This document shows, piece by piece, positions 37,618-47,525 of a DNA stretch of 64,000 nt (positions are counted from its first letter, which is position 1; every line of letters begins with the position of its first letter). This DNA is from a bacterium (GTDB lineage: Bacteria > RBG-13-61-14 > DATKZS01), in contig CAXXFL010000005.1 of the NCBI GenBank assembly GCA_963674965.2, forward strand, positions 736,001 through 800,000, given 5' to 3'. The notes under the pieces are model-generated. The model searched no databases. It saw nothing but the letters and a program-made list of their open reading frames with translations, and was not told where the DNA came from. Both the position numbers and the translations under genes were made by a program.

Positions 37618-39048
37618 CTATTCGTCGCCGTCCGTTTTCGCCCGTTGTTTCCCCGCTTTGACATGATCCGCCCTTTCCCTGTAGGTTTCGGCCATGGTCT
37701 TGGGAGGGGAGGACATGAACTCCTCGGACCGCGCCCGCCAGGCGGCGAGCCTTGACTTGATTTTTTTTTCCTCGCCAATATCGGTGGGACTATAAAGGAC
37801 CTCGTTTTTTATCTCGTCGGGCAGATATTGTTCTTTTACGTAATGCCCGGAAAAATCGTGGGGGTATTTATATTCCTTGCCGTAGTCGAGGTTTTTCATG
37901 AGTGAAGTGGGCGCGTTGCGAAGGTGAAGGGGAACGGCCAGGGCCCCCGTTTTTTTCACCAGCTCCGTCGCTTTGCCAAGGGCCAGATAGGACGCGTTGG
38001 ACTTGGGCGCTCCGGCGAGATAGGTGACGGCCTGGGCCATGGGAATTTTTCCCTCTGGCAGGCCCACGAAGGAAAAGGCGTTAAAGGCCGAGGTGGCCAC
38101 GGTCAAGGCGTTGGGATCGGCGTTTCCCACGTCCTCCGCCGCGAACACGATCATCCGGCGGAGGATGAAAAGCGGGTCCTCCCCTCCCTCGAGCATCCTT
38201 ACCATCCAATAGACGGCCGCGTCAGGGTCGGAACCACGCATGCTTTTAATGAAGGCGGATACCTGGTTGTAGTGTTCCTCGCCGCTCCGGTCGTAGCTGA
38301 GGCCGGCGCCGGTCACGGCCTCGCGGGCCAGATCGAGGGTAATGTCCCCGGCGTCCTTGGACAGGGCCACCGCAAGGCTCAATTCAAGTCCGTTAAGAGC
38401 TCGCCGGGCGTCCCCGTCGGCCACCCGAGCGATATACTGAACGGCCTCCTCCGAGATTTCAAGTTCCTTGCCCTTGGAGAACAGGCCGCGCTCGCGGTCG
38501 TCGATCGCTTTTTTTAATATGGTCTCGATATCCTTTTCCGAAAGAGAGTTAAGCACGACTACCCGGCAACGGGAAAGAAGAGGACTTATGACCTCGAAGC
38601 TGGGGTTCTGGGTGGTCGCGCCGATCAGGATGATCCGGCCCGACTCGACGTGGGGAAGGAAAGCGTCCTGCTGGGCCTTGTTCCAGCGATGAATCTCATC
38701 CACGAAGAGGACCGTTCTGTGTCCCTCGTATTTAAGGCGCTCGTCCGCTCGGGCGATGGCTTCTCTTAAATCCTTGACGCCCGAGAGCACGGCCGAGAAG
38801 GACTCGAGGACATGGTCCGCGTTTTGAGCGGCCATTCTTGCCAGAGTGGTCTTGCCCGATCCCGGAGGTCCCCACAATATGAAGCTCATTATCCGGCCGC
38901 TCTCGAACAGCCGGCGAAGGAAACCGTCCTTACCTATGACGTGGTCCTGCCCCACGTACTCGTCGAGACCGCGAGGTCTCACGCGCTCGGCCAGGGGGGC
39001 CTCCGAGCGCGAAAGCCGTTGGGCGGCGTGATCGAAAAGGTCGGGCAT
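37618..39048 (-). CDS. rarA: Replication-associated recombination protein A
   Basis: [55 protein letters not shown]. Confidence 0.96.
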   Translation of the reverse strand: MPDLFDHAAQRLSRSEAPLAERVRPRGLDEYVGQDHVIGKDGFLRRLFESGRIMSFILWGPPGSGKTTLARMAAQNADHVLESFSAVLSGVKDLREAIARADERLKYEGHRTVLFVDEIHRWNKAQQDAFLPHVESGRIILIGATTQNPSFEVISPLLSRCRVVVLNSLSEKDIETILKKAIDDRERGLFSKGKELEISEEAVQYIARVADGDARRALNGLELSLAVALSKDAGDITLDLAREAVTGAGLSYDRSGEEHYNQVSAFIKSMRGSDPDAAVYWMVRMLEGGEDPLFILRRMIVFAAEDVGNADPNALTVATSAFNAFSFVGLPEGKIPMAQAVTYLAGAPKSNASYLALGKATELVKKTGALAVPLHLRNAPTSLMKNLDYGKEYKYPHDFSGHYVKEQYLPDEIKNEVLYSPTDIGEEKKIKSRLAAWRARSEEFMSSPPKTMAETYRERADHVKAGKQRAKTDGDE

Positions 39049-39140
39049 AGTAAAAAGGTATCATGGCGGCGGAGGCCTTTCAATCGAGCCCCGGCTTATA
39101 AAAAGGATGGATATTATCGATCGGATCAAATAATCCAATG

Positions 39141-40748
39141 CTATTTTTCTCCGCCATGGTCCTCGATCAGCTTTGCGGCCCGCTCATGTCCTTTTTTCTC
39201 GGCCAGCTTGAGAGGGGTTTTCCTGTCGCTGTTACGGATGTTTACTTCGCAGCCTCGGTCGAGCAGAAGCGCGACGATTTCCGTATGGCCCATATTTGCC
39301 GCCCAGTGCAAGGGGGTATTGTCGTGAGCCGTGCGGGCGTTAATGTCCGCTCCATTGTCCAGAAGCAGGGCCGCAATGTCTTTATACCCTCTGCGCGCCG
39401 CCCAGTGAAGAGGCGTGTATTTGCCGTCGTTCGAGGCGTTTACGTCGGCGCCCTTTTCGATCAGCATCTTTGCGATCCGGTAGCTTCCGCCTATGGCGGC
39501 CATGTGAAGGGGAGTGGTCCCCGTGTCGTTTTTAGACTCGATATCGGCTCCCTGCCCTATAAGGAATTGGGCGACTTCAACCTTGTCATGAATGGCGGCC
39601 AGGTGAAGGGGCGTATAGTTCGGCGCCACCACGATCTTGCTGTCCTCGTTGGGGAGGTCGGGAATGTGTTCCAGCTTGAATTTAACGTTGGTCAACCCCA
39701 CGTAGCCGGACGTCAATTCCTTTACGGCCCGGATGTTTCCAGCCAGGACCTCATTATAGAAAAGCTCGATTTCCCTTTCGCCGGCGGGCGAGCGTCCCAT
39801 GCCCGCTGGAGGAAGTCCGGAATTGGCCGCCGAAGCCAAGGGAATTTCCGCGGGCTTCCCGGTCGGCTCGGTAAAAAAGACAAACTCTCCGTCGCCGGCG
39901 ATATTGAACAGCTTGGGGGTCTGCCGGCCTCCCGAGTCGCGAGTGATCCTGGGCGCCATGTAAGAGTAAAGCTCGGAAGCGGGTATAATGCCGTCTCCAT
40001 TCAGGTCGGCGTTTCCTCTTTTAAGTCCACTTAAAAGGGTATAGGTAAACATGGAATGGCCGCCTCCAAACTGGGGTCCCTCGATGACCGTTTCATTGGC
40101 CTGGCCGGCGGTTATTATCTGCACGGCGCGCTGAGTTGTCAGCTTGGTAAGGTACAAAGTGGGGTCGGCGTAAGGGACCGCTCTTGTTTCCACCCCCGCG
40201 ATCCCCGAGTAACAGGCGTCGACTATATAAAAGATGTGCTTCGATTTCATCATCTTAGCCGTCTCCTGAATGGTGGACATGGAAAGACAGGTGCCGTAAA
40301 GATTGTCCGCCTTTCCTTCCACTGGTATGAGATAGCCCATTTTTTCTCCGCTGGGAAGAGGCATATCCTGACCATGTCCGGCAAAGAAAATAAGCACCCT
40401 GTCGTTGGGACCTACCTTTTGAGGCAAAGTATTTCCCAAAGCCGTCTTGATATTAGCCATAGTCGCCTTCTCGTCGTATAGAGTCTCGATGTTTTCAGCG
40501 GGAAATCCGCCATCGGCCGCAAGGTACTGCTTCATGGCCTTGGCGTCGGCCACGGCGTATTTTAACTCGGGAACGTTTTCATACTTGTCGATCGCGATCA
40601 GCAGGGCCCATGACTGGGCATAGACGGACTTGGGCGGCGCGCCCGGCCCATCTTTGGGGCCATCTAATATATCGCGTTCCTTTGATACCGAGATCGCGGC
40701 AAGGAAAGATAATAATAATATCGCCGGGACTATTCTTTTCATGATCAT
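39141..40748 (-). CDS. Secreted caspase-family (peptidase C14) protein with C-terminal ankyrin repeats
   Basis: Signal peptide; ALLIAID.Y, FFAGHG, VDACYSG, QTP; four TPLH.AA ankyrin repeats. Confidence 0.9.
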   Translation of the reverse strand: MIMKRIVPAILLLSFLAAISVSKERDILDGPKDGPGAPPKSVYAQSWALLIAIDKYENVPELKYAVADAKAMKQYLAADGGFPAENIETLYDEKATMANIKTALGNTLPQKVGPNDRVLIFFAGHGQDMPLPSGEKMGYLIPVEGKADNLYGTCLSMSTIQETAKMMKSKHIFYIVDACYSGIAGVETRAVPYADPTLYLTKLTTQRAVQIITAGQANETVIEGPQFGGGHSMFTYTLLSGLKRGNADLNGDGIIPASELYSYMAPRITRDSGGRQTPKLFNIAGDGEFVFFTEPTGKPAEIPLASAANSGLPPAGMGRSPAGEREIELFYNEVLAGNIRAVKELTSGYVGLTNVKFKLEHIPDLPNEDSKIVVAPNYTPLHLAAIHDKVEVAQFLIGQGADIESKNDTGTTPLHMAAIGGSYRIAKMLIEKGADVNASNDGKYTPLHWAARRGYKDIAALLLDNGADINARTAHDNTPLHWAANMGHTEIVALLLDRGCEVNIRNSDRKTPLKLAEKKGHERAAKLIEDHGGEK

Positions 40749-40791
40749 ACCCCCGTTTGCGTTCGCCAGAAAAAAGTTATCATAAAAACCA

Positions 40792-42765
40792 TTAATCGCA
40801 TTTAATTTCGAAAACCTCGACTGGGTCCTGAAATCCTTTCAACTCCTTAAAACCCGCGGCCTCGCACTCGATTAAGTCCCTGATCATGGCCCAGGTCCGC
40901 TTGGAGATCATCACGTTGCCGGGCGTACAATTGGACTCCAGGCGCTGGGCCATGTTGACGCTCGAGCCCAGGGCCGTGTACTCGCGGTGTAAATTGGACC
41001 CGAAAAAGCCCACCCCGGCAAAGCCGGTTTTGATTCCTATGCGGATGACTATTTCCGGCCATCCCGACTCTATCCATTTCCTCGAGAGTTCCTTGGTCAC
41101 CCGCTGCATCTCGATAGCGGCTTTTGCCGCCTCAAGGGCATGGTCGTCAGATGGGACGGGCGCTCCCCAAAAGGCCATGATGCCGTCGCCGATAAACTTG
41201 TCTAAAGTACCGCTATATTTAAATATTATTTCAGTCATGGCCTCGAAATACTCGGATAATAGCGCGTTGATTACCTCCGGGTCCTCCCGGTCCGAGATGG
41301 CAGTAAAGCCCCGGATGTCGGAAAATAATACGGATATCTCGCGCCTTTCGCCTTTAACCTGGAGGCTTTTCGGATCAGCAAGAAGCCGCTCGAGCACGGA
41401 AGGCGATATAACGTTTCTAAAATGCTCCTTTAAAAATTTCGCCTCCCTGTCAATCCTGGATGAATTGTAAGTAATCATCGCCCCAAGACCGATAATGAAA
41501 GATACCAGGGGAAGAGTGACGGGGATGAAAGAACCGATCCAAGCTGGAGCCGCTATTGAAAAGCCAAGATACAAAGCAACCACGAACGCGCCCGCCGGCG
41601 CGGAGAGCCAAGGGCTTTTACCAAGTCCGATAACGATGGATAAAGCGGTCAAGCCTGCCAGGCAGAAAATGAATCCCATCACCCCGGCGTCGGATTTCAT
41701 TTTCCGTCCCATGATCGTATTAGCCAAATTGGCGTGTATCCCGACGCCGGGAAAAGCCGCCTGGAATGGCTGGCTCCTCATGTCGGTTCCGCCCGTATAG
41801 GCCGCCCCCACAAAGCACAGGGAGCCTTTTATACGCCGGGCCAACTCGGCGGCCACGTCATCCGGCGGGTCGGGATCGATCAGCCATTGGGCGGAGAAGA
41901 GCCCCGTGCGCTCCTCAGTATTCCAGGCGTCCCAAGGTCCGGTCCAGTTTATTATCGACCGCCCTTGCCCGTCCACGGGTATTATCAGATCATCGGCCGG
42001 GCCATTCTTTTTGGCTGGAATAATCAGGTCTGATCCCCGCATCACCATCCCGTCAAAGTCCCACTCGCCCAGTCGCTCGACGGCGGCAAGCCCTAATACT
42101 GGAAGCAGCCCGTCCCGCGTCGAAACAAAAAGAGGAACGCGGCGCAGTACTCCGTCCGAGTCGGGCGACGCGGGGTTCGTGGCCATGGCCGCGGCGGACT
42201 TTAAGTACCACTCAGGCGGGAAAAGCGCTCTGGAAAAGTCTGGAAAATCGGGCGTTTCCTTGTCGTGACCGACCCGATAGAGGGAAGGCATTAGCAGTTC
42301 CCGCTCCTCAGGAGAAATTTCCGGCTCGGCTCCGGCCCCTGAATAAGAAAGCTCGAGGGGGATAGTCCCGATCACCTTGTCGGCGGCCAACATGGCGGAC
42401 GCGAGGTTCTCGTCGTTCACCGGGTCTTTACTGGGCGAAGCGATGATAAAGTCGTAGATTATTGCTTTAGCGCCGTAAGCGTCAATGCGCTCGATTATGG
42501 CGGCCTGCCTGGACCGGGACCAGGGCCACGGGCCAAAGCGCTCGAGGCTGGGGTCGTCAACCGCGACGATGACTATCCTCGGGTCGGTTTTGACCGGTCC
42601 AAGCAACCTCGTTCGGAGGTCGGCGGTTTTGAGTTCGATCTCGCCGATGGTCCTTCCCAAAACCAGGTATAAGGCGAGCATGATAACCGGACCGGCCAAC
42701 CCCCAGAGGGCGGTCCGGATATTCCGGGCGCTCGAGGATGAAAATCTCTTTTTACCTGTGCTCAA
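40792..42765 (-). CDS. CHASE2-domain class III adenylate cyclase
   Basis: IVIVAVDD.SL..G.WPW.R, DSDGVLRR, GVGIHAN, three TM segments, FSDIRGFT, DKFIGDG, YTALGSSVN.AQRLE. Confidence 0.92.
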   Translation of the reverse strand: MSTGKKRFSSSSARNIRTALWGLAGPVIMLALYLVLGRTIGEIELKTADLRTRLLGPVKTDPRIVIVAVDDPSLERFGPWPWSRSRQAAIIERIDAYGAKAIIYDFIIASPSKDPVNDENLASAMLAADKVIGTIPLELSYSGAGAEPEISPEERELLMPSLYRVGHDKETPDFPDFSRALFPPEWYLKSAAAMATNPASPDSDGVLRRVPLFVSTRDGLLPVLGLAAVERLGEWDFDGMVMRGSDLIIPAKKNGPADDLIIPVDGQGRSIINWTGPWDAWNTEERTGLFSAQWLIDPDPPDDVAAELARRIKGSLCFVGAAYTGGTDMRSQPFQAAFPGVGIHANLANTIMGRKMKSDAGVMGFIFCLAGLTALSIVIGLGKSPWLSAPAGAFVVALYLGFSIAAPAWIGSFIPVTLPLVSFIIGLGAMITYNSSRIDREAKFLKEHFRNVISPSVLERLLADPKSLQVKGERREISVLFSDIRGFTAISDREDPEVINALLSEYFEAMTEIIFKYSGTLDKFIGDGIMAFWGAPVPSDDHALEAAKAAIEMQRVTKELSRKWIESGWPEIVIRIGIKTGFAGVGFFGSNLHREYTALGSSVNMAQRLESNCTPGNVMISKRTWAMIRDLIECEAAGFKELKGFQDPVEVFEIKCD

Positions 42766-43954
42766 ACTCGACGTGCCTCGCGACGATGTTGTCCCCTTTG
42801 ATGATAGTCGGATTGATCCGCCCCTTTCCAGATGAACCGGAGAGGGAAAGGGGCGGTCCCTGGCTTATCCCCCCAATGCTCCTTTCCGTGTAGCCCGCCG
42901 TGCCCGTGACGTCAATAGGAGGCTTGGCCCGGCCGGGAGCGCGGGTATCGAATATCTTGTTCAGTTCGGTCGAAATGGAATTCGACAGCGCGGATTTGTC
43001 GGCGTCCTCTTTGGCCAGGCCGCCGATCAAGCGGGAAAGGTCTTTGATCGGCTCCTTTGCGGCCAGGAAATAAAGGGATTCCCTGCCAAGGTGGTCGTCG
43101 AGAGTATACCATCCCGTTCCGGGCGGTAAGGCGTATTCCATGCCCGCCTGGATATAGTTGGAAGCCGCCTCTCCCTGGCCGGGGAAAAGGACCCCGGCCG
43201 AACCGGTCGAGCCGATCTGGATGACGTAGACGTAGCAGGGGCGGTTGGCTGAGAACCGGATTTTCATGCGGTCGCCCGAGTGGAGGACCGCCCCCGGCGT
43301 GAGCTCGATTATGCGGGAGATATTTCCATCGGCGGCGTCGGTTACTTCCGCGGCGAAGCTGACTCTTATGACGAGCTCGCCGCCGCCCGGGATTGGCAAG
43401 GACGCCTCGTTAACCGGCTCGGGCCGGGGAGAAGAGACCATCAGGCTCTGCACTTCGGATTTGTACACGAGCGCCGAGGATTGTCCGGCTTTTTGGCCGC
43501 TTGATACGTCCATGATCGACGCCTCGATCCTTACCGACTCGCCCGCCTCGCGGATCGTTCCCGTTACGATCCAGTCGGCGCCCAGGGCTTGCCCGATCTT
43601 TTCTATCGCGTCCGGTTCCGATATCTCGCCGGAAATAAGATTTTTTTCGATGATGACTTGGTTGATCTTCCGCCTCTCGATCATGCGCCGTCCGCCTTCT
43701 CGAGTAAGCCCGACTGACAGTGACTCGGCCAGATAATAGCAAAGAGGCATGGTCCGGCCATCAGGACCGATAAAGTCCAGCACCGCCACCAGGTCGCCTT
43801 TCTTTATCGCTTTGCCAAGGTCCCTCTCCAATACGGATAGCGCCGGACTAAGCCCCATGGCCGCCTCTCGCCCATTCTTTTCAGAGCGCGCCGAAAGGCA
43901 AATCATGCCGATAAAGACGGCCGCTAAAAGAGCTATGTTAATGGAATGCTTCAT
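42752..43954 (-). CDS. Exported FlgO/CsgG-like plus DUF4384 domain protein
   Basis: Signal peptide; VAVLDF, IER..I..V..E, IGQALGAD.IVTG; LHSGDR.KI.F.....CYVYVI, LFP, LD...GRE..YF.A. Confidence 0.75.
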   Translation of the reverse strand: MKHSINIALLAAVFIGMICLSARSEKNGREAAMGLSPALSVLERDLGKAIKKGDLVAVLDFIGPDGRTMPLCYYLAESLSVGLTREGGRRMIERRKINQVIIEKNLISGEISEPDAIEKIGQALGADWIVTGTIREAGESVRIEASIMDVSSGQKAGQSSALVYKSEVQSLMVSSPRPEPVNEASLPIPGGGELVIRVSFAAEVTDAADGNISRIIELTPGAVLHSGDRMKIRFSANRPCYVYVIQIGSTGSAGVLFPGQGEAASNYIQAGMEYALPPGTGWYTLDDHLGRESLYFLAAKEPIKDLSRLIGGLAKEDADKSALSNSISTELNKIFDTRAPGRAKPPIDVTGTAGYTERSIGGISQGPPLSLSGSSGKGRINPTIIKGDNIVARHVEFEHR

Positions 43955-44237
43955 TATTTATATATAAATAGCTCCTTGTCCTTCGCGGGACAATTATGTC
44001 CCTGCAAAAGTAAACCGTTAAGGCTGGACGCCTTCAAGACAAGTCAATGTGCCTTCCCGAACCTGGAGAAAAATTACAACATATTGAATGATAAATCAAT
44101 GGAATGGAAAAGAGATGAATAAAGTCATGAAATAGAAGGGTGGAATCTTCAGCGGATTTTTTTTTAATCTTAATCCGGCAAAGTTATCGTGATTTCCCCA
44201 TGGAAAACCGGGCCCATTAGTACATTTCCCTGGCAGG

Positions 44238-45560
44238 TCACTCCATGTCCGGCTTATTATCGAGAAGATCGAAGAAATTATATTGGTGGTACTCCTGGTT
44301 AAAAGCGCCGGCCTTTGGCCTTCCAAGCTTCATGGGATTGCCCTTTGAAAAGGACACCAGGAAATCTCCCGACTTGGGCGCCATGCAGAACTGGTGGGAC
44401 GTCACGCCCAGGGTCGGCCCTTTTTCCCAATTGATGGAGTTGTAATGCTCGCGAAGGATATCCAGCATCGAGACCATGTTCAGGTCGCCCAACTCTCCGA
44501 CCAGCCTGGCGCGAAGGTCCATGTAGCGCTGGGCTGTCCTTTTACTATGGGGCTTGCCGTCGTCGATTTTCATTTTCCGATGGGCTATAAGCTCCGAGCT
44601 GAGCGGGTGGTTGGTCCTGGTGATAAGGTCTTCCGCGGGAGTATACTCGTAATGACGTCCCTTGAAATCGTAAGAGTTGGACTCGGCGGGTCCGTCCCAT
44701 CCGCCCACGTAGAAGGTCCGGGCGTCCATCTCGATGGCCACCGCGTCGGGAATCCCGGCGTCGGCCACCAGGAAGTTATAGCCGCCGGCCAGCGGCTTTC
44801 TCGTCATCCAGTCGATGGCCTCCTCGAGGGTCCGGGCCTTGGCCAGGGTCTGCTTCATGCGGAAGGGCATGGGAAGGCCCGAGGGCGTCTCGTATTTCGA
44901 GGGAAGCGACATGTTGCCCACCGCGACGCCCTCGGCGTTCATGCCGTCCGACGCCCCGATGTAGCCGGGCCATGAGATCATCATATAGGGGATTTCACCC
45001 TTCGGCTTATATATGACGATCATGCCCTTGTCCTGGATGGCGGTCTTCGTCTTCGGGTCAATGGTGGCCGCCACGTCATTGCTTCGCATGAAGTAAAGCT
45101 CGCCGTCTTTCGTGGCCGTCCCCCAGGCGGCGGAGCCCGAGCAGCTTGTAAGGAAAGTGGCCGAGTGCAGGGCCTCGACGTACTTGAGAGATATGCCGCT
45201 CTCGTCGGCAAGGCCTCTCATCTCGTCCTTGAAGCCCGCGGGAATGTAGGGGTCCTGCTTTTGGGAGACGTACCTGTGGATGGCCGAAATGGCCAGCTTG
45301 GGTGGAATAAGCGGGTATTGAATCCGGATCGAGTGGATCGCGGCGCGAACGGTTATTGCCGCGTCGTCCTTCAGCAGGGCCGCGTGCTGCCGGCCCATGT
45401 CGTAGTAGGACCCCTCGAGATGGAGGATAATATCGCCTTGCTCGGTCTTCTCCACCCACCCCACGCCGGTCTCGGTTTTATAAACCCCAAGCGTCTTAGC
45501 GTGGGAGGTCAAAGAGGCAAAGAAGTAAAGAAACAGGACAATGACAATTGATTTCTTCAT
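44238..45560 (-). CDS. Secreted peptidase C45 family (Ntn hydrolase)
   Basis: LEGSYYDMGRQH, EMRGLA, CS..AAWG.AT.DG, GMNAEG, TNH. Confidence 0.8.
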   Translation of the reverse strand: MKKSIVIVLFLYFFASLTSHAKTLGVYKTETGVGWVEKTEQGDIILHLEGSYYDMGRQHAALLKDDAAITVRAAIHSIRIQYPLIPPKLAISAIHRYVSQKQDPYIPAGFKDEMRGLADESGISLKYVEALHSATFLTSCSGSAAWGTATKDGELYFMRSNDVAATIDPKTKTAIQDKGMIVIYKPKGEIPYMMISWPGYIGASDGMNAEGVAVGNMSLPSKYETPSGLPMPFRMKQTLAKARTLEEAIDWMTRKPLAGGYNFLVADAGIPDAVAIEMDARTFYVGGWDGPAESNSYDFKGRHYEYTPAEDLITRTNHPLSSELIAHRKMKIDDGKPHSKRTAQRYMDLRARLVGELGDLNMVSMLDILREHYNSINWEKGPTLGVTSHQFCMAPKSGDFLVSFSKGNPMKLGRPKAGAFNQEYHQYNFFDLLDNKPDME

Positions 45561-45813
45561 AATATGGCCTTTCAAGGTTCAGCCCGGTTCGGCATCCACG
45601 TTTTTCGTGCCCATACGAGCGTGTAAAAAATATTCCCAGCACAATATTAGCCCTAAAAATCACGGATAGCCAGAAGGAAATCCGCGTGATCAATCAAATT
45701 ATTTATTTACGACTCATAAAAGAAATTGTAACGACATGCTCCCAAACTCATCTTTAAGTGAGATGAGTTTATCAGTTTATTGGTTCGCCTCGAGATCGAA
45801 AAGGAGCATTCCC

Positions 45814-46035
45814 ATGAAATGTCCCCGTTGCGGGTGCGAGAGATTCTATATCAAGGACCCATATGACGAGTACGAGATTTTCGAGTTCGACGCGGGGGAA
45901 GACAAGGTCGTATTTGACCGGGATTATAACGAGTCCGACCCTCCCGAGTTGGAGGCGGGCACCCAGACCTTCTGCGCCATGTGCTCATGGCATGATAAGT
46001 TCGGCGTACTTTTAAAAACGGCATGTAATAATTGA
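45814..46035 (+). CDS. Small Zn-ribbon-like protein
   Basis: MKCPRCGC..FYIKDP.DEYE...FCAMCSW; AGGAG RBS. Confidence 0.7.
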   Translation: MKCPRCGCERFYIKDPYDEYEIFEFDAGEDKVVFDRDYNESDPPELEAGTQTFCAMCSWHDKFGVLLKTACNN

Positions 46036-46061
46036 AGAGGGCGCCGCTCGCGAATCTCCGG

Positions 46062-47525
46062 CTATTCCTTCCAGAACGACGGTACAAAGAGGACGAGGAC
46101 GGTAAAAAGCTCGAGTCGTCCCATTACCATGCAAAAGGAAAGAAAAATCTTGCCGGGGGCCGATATCCAGCCGAAGTTCTCGACCGCCCCCACTTTGGCC
46201 AGTCCCGGGCCGATGTTTCCCAGGCAGGCGATGACCGAGGAAGCGGCCGTCTCCAGGTCCATGCCCAGGACCGCCATAAAGAGGGAGCCGAACGCCCAGA
46301 CCCCGATGAACAGCGCGGAGAAACCGAGCACGGCTCGCATGGTCGCGTCGGGCAGGGTCGTTCCTCCGACCTTTACCTGCTTGACCATTTTGGGAAAGAA
46401 GAACTTTTCTATCTCGAGGGCCCCCGCCTTGGCGACCACCAGCACGCGGATGACCTTCATGGACCCGCCCGTGCTTCCGGCGCATCCTCCCACGAACATG
46501 AGGGCCACCAGGGTCATGCGAGCGAAGGGGGTCCACTCATCGAAGTCGGCCGTGCAGTATCCTGTGGTGGTAACGATGGACACGGCTTGGAAGAGCGAAT
46601 CTCGAAATGACCTTCCATAGGAGTCGTAAATCCCCCCCACCATCAGGGAGGCGGTCAAAGCGAGGGTCACGGCGGCGATGATAATCAGGTAGGTCCGAAG
46701 TTCCACGTCGCGCAGCATGTCCCTGGCCCTGCCCCTTAAGGCGCCCACAAAAAGGGAGAAATTCACTCCCACCAGAAGCATGAAGATTATTATAATGATC
46801 TCGATGGCCAGGCTGTCGAAGCCGGCGACGGAGGCGTTCCGGGTCGAAAACCCGCCAGTAGCCATGGTGGTAAAGGTATGGTTCAGTGCCTCGTACCAGG
46901 TCATGCCCGCCAGTTTCAAAAGGACCGCCTCGGCGACGGACAATCCCAGGTATACCTTCCACAACAGGCCGGCCGCGTCCTTGATGCGGGGCGCGCCGCC
47001 TTCCTTCTTGATCCCGGGCACCTCCACCTTATATAGATGCTTGGCCTCGATGCCCATGGCCGGAAGCACGGCCACGAAAAGCACCACTATTCCCATGCCC
47101 CCCAGCCACTGGGTAAAAGACCGCCAGAAAAGAAGACCTTGGGGCATGCCCTCGATGTTGGTGATGACCGTCGAGCCCGTGGTGGTGAAGCCGCTCATGG
47201 ACTCGAAGTAGGCGTCCACGAACCCGCCCGCGTCGGCGGCGAAGGCGGGGCAGAACCAAAAAGGAAGGGCGCCCACGGCCGCCACCAGTATCCAGCCCAG
47301 GCTGACCACGGCCAGTCCCTCGCGCCGGAAGAACTCGTCCGTGATTTTTCGGCCCCAGGCGAAAAGAGCGCCGCCAACGGCCACGCCGATGACCATGGAT
47401 TTAACGAAGGCCAGGACCATGCCCGTCTCCCCCGCCAGAAGACTCCAGGGTATGGAGAATATCATGGTGGCCGACGCGAAGGCGATCAGCATTCCCAGCA
47501 GCTTGGAAACGTATCTGAAGTTCAC
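46062..47525 (-). CDS. trkH: Trk potassium uptake membrane protein
   Basis: FESMSGFTTTGST, QWLGGMG, TGGFS, GGCAGSTGG, GNIGPG, GRLE. Confidence 0.96.
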   Translation of the reverse strand: MNFRYVSKLLGMLIAFASATMIFSIPWSLLAGETGMVLAFVKSMVIGVAVGGALFAWGRKITDEFFRREGLAVVSLGWILVAAVGALPFWFCPAFAADAGGFVDAYFESMSGFTTTGSTVITNIEGMPQGLLFWRSFTQWLGGMGIVVLFVAVLPAMGIEAKHLYKVEVPGIKKEGGAPRIKDAAGLLWKVYLGLSVAEAVLLKLAGMTWYEALNHTFTTMATGGFSTRNASVAGFDSLAIEIIIIIFMLLVGVNFSLFVGALRGRARDMLRDVELRTYLIIIAAVTLALTASLMVGGIYDSYGRSFRDSLFQAVSIVTTTGYCTADFDEWTPFARMTLVALMFVGGCAGSTGGSMKVIRVLVVAKAGALEIEKFFFPKMVKQVKVGGTTLPDATMRAVLGFSALFIGVWAFGSLFMAVLGMDLETAASSVIACLGNIGPGLAKVGAVENFGWISAPGKIFLSFCMVMGRLELFTVLVLFVPSFWKE

